Positions 1 to 9,003 of a stretch of 64,000 bases of DNA are shown one piece after another (position 1 is the stretch's first letter; each line of letters opens with the position of its first letter). The translations under genes were made by a program, and so were the position numbers. The notes under the pieces are model-generated. The model searched no databases and had not been told where the DNA came from. It saw only the letters and a program-made list of their open reading frames with translations. Location: positions 63,239 through 127,238 of the forward strand of contig WJMH01000012.1 of assembly GCA_014728045.1 (NCBI GenBank), read 5' to 3'. This DNA comes from Candidatus Omnitrophota bacterium (GTDB lineage Bacteria > Omnitrophota > Gorgyraeia > Tantalellales > Tantalellaceae).

Positions 1-2
1 AG

Positions 3-911
3 ATGGACCAAGAAACGTTTATTCAGAGGCTGGCCAAGCAGAAGACATCCTATCTATTCATTGCTTTGCCCGCCATCCTTTTCTTTATCTTCCAGCTGGC
101 CCCCGTATTCATTTCCTTTTTCTGGTCTTTTACCAAGTATGATGTTGTACACGCGCCGCGTTTCGTGGGACTTGCCAACTACAAGAACATACTCTTCGAC
201 GATCCCCTTTTCTGGAAGGCGATCAGGAACACGGTTTTGTATGTTATAGGCGTTGTGCCGATCGGTGTGTGCATATCGCTCATGCTGGCGGTGGCCATAG
301 ACCAGAAGATCAAGTTCAAGAACTTCTTTAAATCGATCTTCTTTCTTCCGACGGTGACCGCAATAGTGGCCGTATCGGTCATATGGAAATGGTTGTACGC
401 GGGTGAGAAATACGGTCTGTTCAATTATTTTCTTCTGAAACTGGGGTTCCAGCCGATAGACTGGCTCGCCAGTCCCACCTGGACGCTGCCCTCGATAATG
501 ATAATGTCCATATGGGCCGGTGTGGGATACAACATGATTCTTTTTCTGGCGGGGCTCCAGACCATACCGCATGTCATGTACGAGGCGGCCGAGATCGACG
601 GGGCTGGTTTCTGGAAAAAGTTCTTCAACGTGACGCTTCCGCTTTTGAAGCCGACCATAGTATTCGTAAGCATGATGAGCTTCATATTCAGTTTTCAGGT
701 CTTCGAGCAGGTGTACATAATGACCGGCGGGCAGGGAGGAATAGGAGGAGTACTTAACAGTGGCCTTACCATAGTCGCGTACCTTTATGATAAGGGTTTC
801 CAGAAATTCCAGATGGGTTACGCCTCGGCTCTGGCATATATAATTTTTCTTTTGATCTTCATCCTTACGATGATCAATAAGAGGCTTATGAAAAGTAACG
901 TGGAATATTGA
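3..911 (+). CDS. Carbohydrate ABC transporter permease (MalF/UgpA-like)
   Basis: About 6 TM helices; EAA motif 'MYEAAEIDGAGFWKKFFNVTLPLLKP'; C-terminal 'FQMGYASALA'. The start lies at the window edge. Confidence 0.93.
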   Translation: MDQETFIQRLAKQKTSYLFIALPAILFFIFQLAPVFISFFWSFTKYDVVHAPRFVGLANYKNILFDDPLFWKAIRNTVLYVIGVVPIGVCISLMLAVAIDQKIKFKNFFKSIFFLPTVTAIVAVSVIWKWLYAGEKYGLFNYFLLKLGFQPIDWLASPTWTLPSIMIMSIWAGVGYNMILFLAGLQTIPHVMYEAAEIDGAGFWKKFFNVTLPLLKPTIVFVSMMSFIFSFQVFEQVYIMTGGQGGIGGVLNSGLTIVAYLYDKGFQKFQMGYASALAYIIFLLIFILTMINKRLMKSNVEY

Positions 912-939
912 TATTGTTACGGAAAGGGAACAACAAAAC

Positions 940-1788
940 ATGGGACATGAAGTAGGTATCAGGAAAGATTCACTCACCGTAAAGACATTCATATACATGT
1001 TTCTGATAGCCGGTGCTCTGACGATGGCAGTTCCGTATGTGTGGATGTTCATCACTTCCATCAAACCGTTGTCGGAGATACAGTCCTATCCTCCCAGCTT
1101 CATCGTGAAGAATCCGACACTGGAGCCGTACAGGGACCTTTTCAAGATGGTTCCCATGGTAAGGTATCTGTTCAACAGCCTTTTTGTCGCCGGGTCGATA
1201 ACCCTGTTCAATGTTTTCGCGACCTCTCTTGCCGGTTACGCCTTCGCCAAGCACAAGTTCTGGGGCAGGGACAAGCTTTTCTTCATATTCCTGGGTTCAC
1301 TGATGATACCCTGGCAGGTCAATATCATCCCGGGGTTCGTCATAGTCAAGAAACTCGGCTGGCTAAACACCTACAGGGGGCTTATAATACCCTCGATGGC
1401 ATGGTGCGCTTTCGGTATATTCCTCAACAGGCAGTACATATACAGTATACCCGACGACCTGATCGACGCGGCCAAGATAGACGGCTGCAGTGAATTCATG
1501 ATTTACCGGAACGTGATACTTCCTCTTATCAAACCGGTCGTGGCGACACTGGCCATATTCACGTTCCTGCAGCAGTGGAACAATTTTGTATGGCCGCTGG
1601 TCATAATACATACAAGCGACATGAGGACGATACCTCTGGCGCTGGCTGTACTTACCGGACAGTTCGGCGCGAATTTCGCGATGGTGATGGCAGGAGCCGT
1701 TATTGCCACACTGCCCATGCTCGTCGTATATCTGATGTTCCAGAAGTACATAATCAAAGGTATAGCGATGACGGGCCTTAAAGGATAA
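940..1788 (+). CDS. Carbohydrate ABC transporter permease (MalG-like)
   Basis: EAA loop 'IPDDLIDAAKIDGCSE', 'WNNFVWPL', and C-terminal 'FQKYIIKGIAMTGLKG'. Confidence 0.93.
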   Translation: MGHEVGIRKDSLTVKTFIYMFLIAGALTMAVPYVWMFITSIKPLSEIQSYPPSFIVKNPTLEPYRDLFKMVPMVRYLFNSLFVAGSITLFNVFATSLAGYAFAKHKFWGRDKLFFIFLGSLMIPWQVNIIPGFVIVKKLGWLNTYRGLIIPSMAWCAFGIFLNRQYIYSIPDDLIDAAKIDGCSEFMIYRNVILPLIKPVVATLAIFTFLQQWNNFVWPLVIIHTSDMRTIPLALAVLTGQFGANFAMVMAGAVIATLPMLVVYLMFQKYIIKGIAMTGLKG

Positions 1789-1803
1789 AATAGAAAGGAT
1801 AAA

Positions 1804-3426
1804 ATGAAAAAACTCTCTTTATACTTCGTTTTTCTGATAATGATTTCACTTGTCGCGGCAGGCTGCGGCGGAGAGGCAAAGATGGAAGAGCCGGAGGCCG
1901 CTTCTGTCGAAGAGGTGACCGTCGAGACCGTTGAGGTGACCGAAGAAGGACCTCTGGTATATCTGGATGTCACTGATGCCGAAGCCTCAAGCTTTGACAA
2001 AACACCGGACTGGGCGCCCGAACCGAACCCGATGGCTCCCGTGGACGGGGATATGCTCACCCGCTGGTCAAGCGATTATACCGAAGGCGACCAGTGGATC
2101 TATTTCGATCTTGGGAGTAAAAAGGTCGTAAGTAACGTTATTGTTCGCTGGGAAAGGGCCTACGCCACCGATTACCAGATACTGGTATCCAACGACGCTG
2201 AGAACTGGACGATAGTATATGAGGTCAAGAACAGCCGCGGCGGGGACGTGGAAGCCGAGTTCGCTCCGGTCAAGTGCCGTTATGTTATGATTCTCGGCCA
2301 GGAAAGGGTCAACGAGGACTGGGGCATATCCATGTGGGAAGTCGAGATCTATGGTCCGCAGGATCGGAATCCTGAAGCCGACGTGACCAAACAGGAGTAT
2401 CTTTCCAGGGGTGACGACCTGAGCAAGAAGAAAGAGGCCGAAAAGGTTCTTTCAGGGCTTGCGGCCAAACCCGTGCCCATAAGCGAGCAGGAATTCCAGG
2501 AGGGTGTCGTATATACTTCCTGGATGGCCGAGGAGTTTACCAAACCTGTTTCCGACCTTACTCTGGCGGAGCTAAAAAAGATAGGGTATGATACGATAGC
2601 GATAATGGTACCCGCTTATCAGGAGGAGCTTAATTCCACTGAGATATTCACCAACGACTATCCGGGCGGCGACACGCCCACTGACGAGGCGCTCGTCCAT
2701 GCCATAAAGACATGCCACAGGATCGGTCTTAGGGTATTGCTGAAACCCCACGTTGATCCCAGAACGGACGAGGCGAGGATAAACATCATGCCTTCGGAGA
2801 AGTGGTTCGACAGTTACGAGAAGTTCGCTCTCAGATACGCCCGCATGGCGCAGGAGAACGGTGTTGAAATTTATTCTGTGGGTACCGAACTGGAGGCGAC
2901 CACTTTCTCGGCGTGGGCGCACAGGTGGGACCAGATCATCGCCAAGGTCAAGGAAGTATATGACGGTCTGCTGACGTATTCAGCGAACTGGACCGAATAC
3001 AAGGAGGTCCCTTTCTGGGACAAGATGGATTTCATAGGGTTGGACGCGTATTTCCCGCTGGCTGAGGTGGATAACCCTTCCCAGGAAGACTTGGTGCTGG
3101 CATGGGAGGCGATCGCCGATGAAATAGAGACCTGGCTCGGTGAAAGAGGGCTTACCGGAAAGGGCGTGATCCTAACGGAGATAGGATATCCTTCGGCTGA
3201 GGGTGCAGCGCGCCAGCCGTGGGTGGCAATATCCAGTGTCGAGGATCAGCAGGCCCAGGCGGACTGTCTTGACGCCACTTTCGAGGTGTTGACAAAAAGG
3301 CCCTGGTTCAAAGGTTATTATATCTGGCAGTACTTTCCGCAGGAAAGATGGAGCCCTCTCGGGTTCACCGTCAAGGGAAAGAAAGCCGAAGAAATAATTA
3401 AAAAGTGGCTTGAAAAAGTCGAATAA
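1804..3426 (+). CDS. Lipoprotein with F5/8 type C (CBM32/discoidin) domain and GH113 beta-mannanase-like domain
   Basis: Lipobox LVAAG-C; discoidin motifs 'VDGDMLTRWSS' and 'QWIYFDLG'; GH113 motifs 'GLRVLLKPHV', 'VGTELE', 'TYSANW', 'GLDAYFPL', 'LTEIGY'. Confidence 0.8.
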   Translation: MKKLSLYFVFLIMISLVAAGCGGEAKMEEPEAASVEEVTVETVEVTEEGPLVYLDVTDAEASSFDKTPDWAPEPNPMAPVDGDMLTRWSSDYTEGDQWIYFDLGSKKVVSNVIVRWERAYATDYQILVSNDAENWTIVYEVKNSRGGDVEAEFAPVKCRYVMILGQERVNEDWGISMWEVEIYGPQDRNPEADVTKQEYLSRGDDLSKKKEAEKVLSGLAAKPVPISEQEFQEGVVYTSWMAEEFTKPVSDLTLAELKKIGYDTIAIMVPAYQEELNSTEIFTNDYPGGDTPTDEALVHAIKTCHRIGLRVLLKPHVDPRTDEARINIMPSEKWFDSYEKFALRYARMAQENGVEIYSVGTELEATTFSAWAHRWDQIIAKVKEVYDGLLTYSANWTEYKEVPFWDKMDFIGLDAYFPLAEVDNPSQEDLVLAWEAIADEIETWLGERGLTGKGVILTEIGYPSAEGAARQPWVAISSVEDQQAQADCLDATFEVLTKRPWFKGYYIWQYFPQERWSPLGFTVKGKKAEEIIKKWLEKVE

Positions 3427-3447
3427 AACAAGAAGGAGGATGTTAAC

Positions 3448-4038
3448 ATGAAGAAAGTAGCATTAACTCTAGCGGTATTAGGCCTTCTGTTCGCTGGTAC
3501 GGCCGTACATGCACAGGAACAAACTGTTCTTTTCAGTTTTGAGGATGGTTTGCAGGGATGGGAGATCCCGGACTGGGCCTACGAGAAACCTGATCACGTC
3601 CAGAAGGAGATAAGCCCTTCTGCTGATTTCGCCAGCGAAGGCGCTCAGAGCCTGAAGATGGACGTGGAATACCCGGGCGGAAGATGGACAGGCGGGATAG
3701 TCGAGATAATGCAGTATTTCGACTGGACCGATTACAGCAAAATAGCCTGTGACATATATCTTCCCAAGGATGCTCCTCTGGGGCTGAGGGCTAAGATGAT
3801 ACTGACCGTGGGGGACAGCTGGAAATGGGTGGAGATGAGCCGTTCTTTCGGTCTCGTTCCCGGCCAATGGGTCACCCTTACGGCGGATATAACCCCGGGA
3901 AGCATTGACTGGAGAAGGATCCAGGTCGATGAATCTTTCCGCGCTGATATAAGAAAGATAGATATAAGGGTTGAGTCCAATAACAGGCCGGCTTATACCG
4001 GTCCGATCTATATCGATAACGTTCGCGTTATCAAGTGA
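3448..4038 (+). CDS. Secreted stand-alone carbohydrate-binding-module-like protein (galactose-binding-like fold)
   Basis: Sec signal peptide (AVHA cleavage); 'FSFEDGLQGW' start and 'IYIDNVRV' end typical of CBM beta-sandwiches; SD AAGGAGG. Confidence 0.65.
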   Translation: MKKVALTLAVLGLLFAGTAVHAQEQTVLFSFEDGLQGWEIPDWAYEKPDHVQKEISPSADFASEGAQSLKMDVEYPGGRWTGGIVEIMQYFDWTDYSKIACDIYLPKDAPLGLRAKMILTVGDSWKWVEMSRSFGLVPGQWVTLTADITPGSIDWRRIQVDESFRADIRKIDIRVESNNRPAYTGPIYIDNVRVIK

Positions 4039-4081
4039 TCCGGTTGACCTGTCATTATTGGGAAAGACCATGAAGCAAGAG

Positions 4082-4122
4082 GGCAGAGACCGGTGGATAG
4101 ACCGGTCTCTGCCTGCTGTTTT
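4082..4122 (+). terminator. Stable hairpin: intrinsic terminator or mRNA stabiliser between the CBM genes
   Basis: 13-bp perfect stem GGCAGAGACCGGT/ACCGGTCTCTGCC with a 6-nt loop and a weak T tract. Confidence 0.55.
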
Positions 4123-4196
4123 GATGTGTTAACAGCTCCTTTTTGCAAGGCTATTAATAAAACAGGCAAGGTAGGGAAAAGGAAAGGAAAAAGAGA

Positions 4197-4913
4197 ATGA
4201 GTAAAATTCGTTTTAATGTTCCGGTTCTACTGGTGGCAACACTTCTTGTATTTACCGTTATGATAGCCGGTTGCGGCCCCCAGAAAGAGGAAGGTCCCGC
4301 CACCGGAGGTAAGACGATAAAAATATCGAAGAAAGCCGCCTCCCAGACCCAGATGCCGGAAAGGCCGACGCCTTCCACGGCGCCTATTACCGAGACAAGG
4401 ATCTACTACGATTTCGAAAGCGACCTTAACGGATGGGAAGTACCCATGTGGGCGCAGGGCAAGAGGGATCATATCGCCAAGAGCGCGGAGGTTTCCACGG
4501 AAGTGGCCTCCCACGGCAAAGGGAGCATGAAGATAGAGGCGGATTTCCCGGGAGGCATGTGGTCGGCGGCCCTGGTCGAGATACAGCAGTATCTTGACAT
4601 GAGCAATTACCGGGTGATAAGGGCAGATGTCTATCTTCCCCCGGATGCGCCGATGGGGCTTAACGCCAAGCTCATAATCACGGTGGGCGAGACCTGGAAG
4701 TTCGTCGAAATGAGCCGCAGTTATCCCTTGATACCGGGCGAATGGGTGACGATAAACGCCAGCATAGAACCAGGAAGCTACGACTGGAAGAGAGTGGTCC
4801 CGGACGAGAAATTCGCCGAGGATGTACGCAAAATAGCCGTAAGGATAGAATCTAACAAGAAACCTAAGTACACCGGTTCTGTATTCGTGGATAATATCAG
4901 GGTTGGCAGATAG
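4197..4913 (+). CDS. Lipoprotein CBM-like paralog of 3448..4038
   Basis: Lipobox MIAG-C and a Pro/Thr linker; shares 'VEI.QY', 'D.YLP.DAP.GL.AK', 'WK.VEMSRS' and 'R.ESN..P.YTG' with the upstream gene. Confidence 0.7.
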   Translation: MSKIRFNVPVLLVATLLVFTVMIAGCGPQKEEGPATGGKTIKISKKAASQTQMPERPTPSTAPITETRIYYDFESDLNGWEVPMWAQGKRDHIAKSAEVSTEVASHGKGSMKIEADFPGGMWSAALVEIQQYLDMSNYRVIRADVYLPPDAPMGLNAKLIITVGETWKFVEMSRSYPLIPGEWVTINASIEPGSYDWKRVVPDEKFAEDVRKIAVRIESNKKPKYTGSVFVDNIRVGR

Positions 4914-5110
4914 TATCCGCTGATAGATATATCCATTTTGGTCGGTTTGCTGTTACGGAACGGACTTGTTAGCCCGGGGAGAGGTCCTGTAAGGATCTTT
5001 CGTGATCTGTGATATATTCTTTTTTTTGCCCGGTTAGTTTCTACATTTATAATCCGGGCGGAAGAAGTTTAAAAAACGTTTGAAAAATCATTCTACGAAA
5101 GGAAAAGATC

Positions 5111-6244
5111 ATGCCTAAGAAAAAATCCCAAGAGAAACCGAAAGAGAAAGGACAGGCCAAAACAGCGGCAAAAAAATCTTCCAAAAACCTTTTTCTGAAG
5201 GTGTTGATACCCGTTGTCGCGGTCGTAGTGGTTGCCGCGGCCGCATTCACACTTATCAAATTTGTGCCGCAGGGCACCGGAGTAAGGGCGGAGTTCCAGA
5301 AGGGGATAGGATACGTAACCTGGTCGCAGGGAGGCTACCTTACCGAAAATTCTGACGAGTCCCTAGCAAAGGCCAGCCAGATCGGGACCGAGTGGGTCAG
5401 CATTCTGGTCACCTGGTACCAGACGACGCCCTGGTCAGGTGATATACAGAGGACCTCCAAGACCCCTTCCGACGAAGCGGTGGTGCATGCCATACGCAAG
5501 GCACACGAGCTGGGTCTGAAGGTATGCCTCAAGATGCACCTGGATCTGTTGGATACCTCCGACGGCAGCTGGAGAGGCGAGATAGGCAGCATGAGGGAAT
5601 CCGAATGGGACGATTGGTTCAGGAAATATACCGAATATATCATGTATTACGCAAAGATGGCCGAAGAAGAGGATGTCGAGATGCTTTGCGTGGGGACGGA
5701 GCTGTCGACCACCGCCACAGCCAAGGGATATATGTGGGAAGACCTGATCAGGACCGTGAGGGGTTCTTTCTCGGGACTATTGGTATACGCGGCGCACTGG
5801 GACCGGTATCTTGATATCCGGTTCTGGCATATGCTCGACTTTGTCGGGATAAACGCGTATTTCCCGCTTACCGAAGAGATGGCCCCCAGTTACGATGAAT
5901 TGCGCGAGGGTTGGAGCAAATGGGTCGCGGAGATCGAGGATTTCCAGGAAAGAGTGGGTAAACCGATCATTTTCCCGGAGGCCGGTTGTAATTCCGCCGA
6001 CGGCGCGGCTATACGACCATGGGAACACATCCCAAGGAGCGAAGTAAATCTTCAGCTGCAGGCGGATTATTACAGGGCCCTCCTGGAGGAATTCTGGGAC
6101 AAGGAATGGTTCTACGGCCTGTACTGGTGGTACTGGGGCACTAACGCTAGCATGGGCGGTAAATATAACCGGGGTTTTACGCCGCAGAACAAGCCGGCCG
6201 AAGAGGTCATACAGAAATGGTACTCCAAACCGGTTTCGAAGTAA
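5111..6244 (+). CDS. Membrane-anchored GH113 family glycoside hydrolase
   Basis: Lys-rich N-terminus and one TM helix; catalytic-type Glu motifs 'LCVGTELS' and 'IIFPEAGC'; 'GINAYFPL'; 'FTPQNKPAE'. Confidence 0.82.
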   Translation: MPKKKSQEKPKEKGQAKTAAKKSSKNLFLKVLIPVVAVVVVAAAAFTLIKFVPQGTGVRAEFQKGIGYVTWSQGGYLTENSDESLAKASQIGTEWVSILVTWYQTTPWSGDIQRTSKTPSDEAVVHAIRKAHELGLKVCLKMHLDLLDTSDGSWRGEIGSMRESEWDDWFRKYTEYIMYYAKMAEEEDVEMLCVGTELSTTATAKGYMWEDLIRTVRGSFSGLLVYAAHWDRYLDIRFWHMLDFVGINAYFPLTEEMAPSYDELREGWSKWVAEIEDFQERVGKPIIFPEAGCNSADGAAIRPWEHIPRSEVNLQLQADYYRALLEEFWDKEWFYGLYWWYWGTNASMGGKYNRGFTPQNKPAEEVIQKWYSKPVSK

Positions 6245-6287
6245 ACTATCCAGCGTGTCGCTTGAAAATATGTGAAGGAGTATTCAC

Positions 6288-7547
6288 ATGAGGGAGTTCA
6301 TAGCAAAGGAGAATAGGCTCTCCGAGAAGGAGAGAAGGAACCTGAGCATTCTCGATGCCATACGCAGAGGAGGGGAGATATCCAGGGCGGAGATATCCAA
6401 AGTGACCGATCTGAATATCGTTACCGTTTCAAATTATGTCAGCAAGTACATAAAGAACAAGATCGTCTTTGAAACGGGTCTTGATATCTCCACCGGCGGA
6501 AGAAGGCCGGAGCTTCTCAAGCTGAACGGAGATTACGCCTACAGTATAGGCATAGACCTTGGTTCGCCTCATCTTACCATTGACGCGGCGGTCGTGGGGG
6601 TCCTGATGGATATGACCGGCAAGGTGATCGCCCAGGAGAAGGTCCCCAAGGAAAAGGAATCTTTCGAAAAGCTCACCGAGAGAGTGCTCGGCATGGTCGA
6701 CGACCTCATACGCAAATCAGGTGTTTCCCCTTCGGACATAAAGGGTATAGGCGTAGGCATATGGGGTGTTATCGACCGTTACCGGGGGATGGTGCGTTAC
6801 GCGGTCGAGAACGAACAGATCGTAAGTTATACTAACCTCCTGAGCCAGCTGGAGGCCAGGTTTGACGCCCCGACGCTTATCGAGCATGATGCCACATTGG
6901 CAGCTTTCGGGGAAAGATGGTCGGGTATTGGTGCCGGGAGTTCTGCATCCAACCTGATTTTTCTGTGTTCCGATTCAAGCTGCGGGCTCGTCATAAAAGG
7001 GGATCTCTACTACGGAGCTACGAAGAGCGCAGGGGAGCTCAATCTGAATCCTCCTTATCCTGGGGAGGAATCAAGCCCGGACAAATGCTGGGCGAGTTAT
7101 GATTACGGATGCTGTCTGCGTTCCAGGGGGCTGGACCTTGGTATACCCGACCGGATCAGGAGTTATCTCGGGGAGCATCCCGGGGAAGGCAAGGCAATAA
7201 TGGAGGCCTGCGGCGGGGATGCTGAAAGAATAGATTTCAGGACCGCAATAGAGGCTGCCGAAAAAGGGGACGACCTTGCAAGACTGACCCTTGAGGATGC
7301 AGGGGACTATCTCGGCACCAAAATAGCTTTTTTGATAAACCTTTTTAACCCCGAGGTGGTCGTCGTCGGCAGGGGCATTGAGAAAGCGGGAGATATATTC
7401 TTCTCTTCGGTGCGCAGGGCCGTTAGAAAGTGGGGTTACGAAGAATCGGTAAAGGTCGTCAAGATACTACCGACCAGCCTGGGCGATAACGTTGTCAGTG
7501 TCGGCGCCGGAGCCCTGGTCATACAGAATCTATTCGCTGAAGTGTAA
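6288..7547 (+). CDS. ROK family transcriptional regulator (NagC/XylR-like)
   Basis: N-terminal wHTH 'ISRAEISKVTDLNIVTVS' and 'STGGRRP'; 'IGIDLG', 'AGEL', 'LINLFNPEVVVVG'. Confidence 0.9.
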   Translation: MREFIAKENRLSEKERRNLSILDAIRRGGEISRAEISKVTDLNIVTVSNYVSKYIKNKIVFETGLDISTGGRRPELLKLNGDYAYSIGIDLGSPHLTIDAAVVGVLMDMTGKVIAQEKVPKEKESFEKLTERVLGMVDDLIRKSGVSPSDIKGIGVGIWGVIDRYRGMVRYAVENEQIVSYTNLLSQLEARFDAPTLIEHDATLAAFGERWSGIGAGSSASNLIFLCSDSSCGLVIKGDLYYGATKSAGELNLNPPYPGEESSPDKCWASYDYGCCLRSRGLDLGIPDRIRSYLGEHPGEGKAIMEACGGDAERIDFRTAIEAAEKGDDLARLTLEDAGDYLGTKIAFLINLFNPEVVVVGRGIEKAGDIFFSSVRRAVRKWGYEESVKVVKILPTSLGDNVVSVGAGALVIQNLFAEV

Positions 7548-7563
7548 AGAGAAGGAGAGGAAC

Positions 7564-8799
7564 GTGTTGCTAAAAAAGATAATAACATCATTAATTCTGT
7601 CCGTTTTTGTTTTTTCATTATCCGGTTGTGGCGCAGGCGCGGAGAAAAAGGACCAGATAGTCATGTGGCTTGTAGGGTCCGAAGGCCAGGCCCAGACCAT
7701 AACCCAGCTCAGCAAGAAGTTCACCGAAAAGACCGGTGTCGAGGTCCTGTGCCAGGCCATATCCTGGGGCGATGCCCACAGCAAGTACCTTACTTCCATA
7801 GCCGGCGAAGTTACTCCCGACATAGGGACCATGGGGCTGACATGGGGCATGGAGTTCGGCGAACTGGGTGCCATGGTCAATTTGCGTGAAACTTACCCGG
7901 AAGACGTCGAAGAGCTTGAGACTAAGATATTCCCCAGCATCCTTGAATCCACCAGAGTGGGCGATAAAGTATACGGCATACCTTTTGACCTGTCGGTGCA
8001 GATCATGTACTACAGGAAAGATATGATACCGGAGCCACCCAGGACCTGGGATGATCTTCTCCAGACGATAAAGGGGCTGAAGTCAAAAGAGAAGGGAATG
8101 GTGTATGACTGGGGATCGCTTGAGTGGATAGGTTATTCTCCCTTCCTCTGGCAGTCGGGAGGAAGTTACTACAATGATGATTTCACTCAGGTGACGCTGG
8201 ATACCCCCGAGGCCGCGGAGGCCATGGGTTATTTTGCCAGTTTATATAAGGCGGGTATGCCGAAAACACAGGTTCCGCTCGAGCAGGGAATGAGGACGGG
8301 GGATTATCCTCTGGCGATATCGGGTAACTGGAAGATCGTGAGCCTTACCGTGGGTGCTCCCGAGCTGGAAGGCAAATGGGGCATAGCCATGCTTCCCAAG
8401 GGACCCACCGGCAAGCGCACCGCTTTCATCGGCGGAAGGATACTCGGTATATTCTCAAGATCCAAAATGAAGGACGAGGCATGGGAATTCATCAAGTTCC
8501 TTTTCAAGCCCGAGAACCAGATCAGGATATATGAGGATTCACTCGAGACAGAAGATTCGTATCTTCCTCCCAACATGGATACCTGGAGCGACCTGCCGAT
8601 GGACCAGGAATTTAAGCGCGTTCTGGTGAGCCAGGCCAAGGACGCCAAGGGACCACCGCCTGTTCTGGCCTGGGATTCAAGCACGAGATTCATTAACCAC
8701 GCCATACAGATGGTGGTATTAAAGGGCGCAGATCCGGCCGAACAGCTCGAGAAAGCTACTGTAAATATGCAGAAAGAACTTGAACAGAGAGGCAGATGA
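7564..8799 (+). CDS. Sugar ABC transporter substrate-binding lipoprotein
   Basis: GTG start after SD GGAGAGG; lipobox LSG-C; 'YGIPFD....MYYRKD', 'PRTWDDL', 'AWEFIKFL'. Confidence 0.9.
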   Translation: MLLKKIITSLILSVFVFSLSGCGAGAEKKDQIVMWLVGSEGQAQTITQLSKKFTEKTGVEVLCQAISWGDAHSKYLTSIAGEVTPDIGTMGLTWGMEFGELGAMVNLRETYPEDVEELETKIFPSILESTRVGDKVYGIPFDLSVQIMYYRKDMIPEPPRTWDDLLQTIKGLKSKEKGMVYDWGSLEWIGYSPFLWQSGGSYYNDDFTQVTLDTPEAAEAMGYFASLYKAGMPKTQVPLEQGMRTGDYPLAISGNWKIVSLTVGAPELEGKWGIAMLPKGPTGKRTAFIGGRILGIFSRSKMKDEAWEFIKFLFKPENQIRIYEDSLETEDSYLPPNMDTWSDLPMDQEFKRVLVSQAKDAKGPPPVLAWDSSTRFINHAIQMVVLKGADPAEQLEKATVNMQKELEQRGR

Positions 8800-8821
8800 T
8801 CTAAGCGCGCATCACTTATCC

Positions 8822-8852
8822 AAAGGGCGGCTTTCTAAGCCGCCCTTTTTTT
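8822..8852 (+). terminator. Rho-independent terminator
   Basis: AAAGGGCGGCTT-tct-AAGCCGCCCTTT followed by a T run. Confidence 0.85.
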
Positions 8853-9003
8853 ATAAATTACCTAGAAAAAACAACTTACAAAATACGTTAGTCAATAAAA
8901 AGCTAGTTTTTTTAGTTGATGTTAGGCTAAAAAATTGTTATTATGCATTAGGAGATAAAATATTCAGTAAAAGGCAAATTACGCATTTTTGGAAAGGCAG
9001 GAT

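Noticed and set aside
8977-8989. 13-mer AATTACGCATTTT shared with 18736..18748
   Set aside because: Only two copies, both in AT-rich DNA and in different contexts; cannot be distinguished from chance without statistics.
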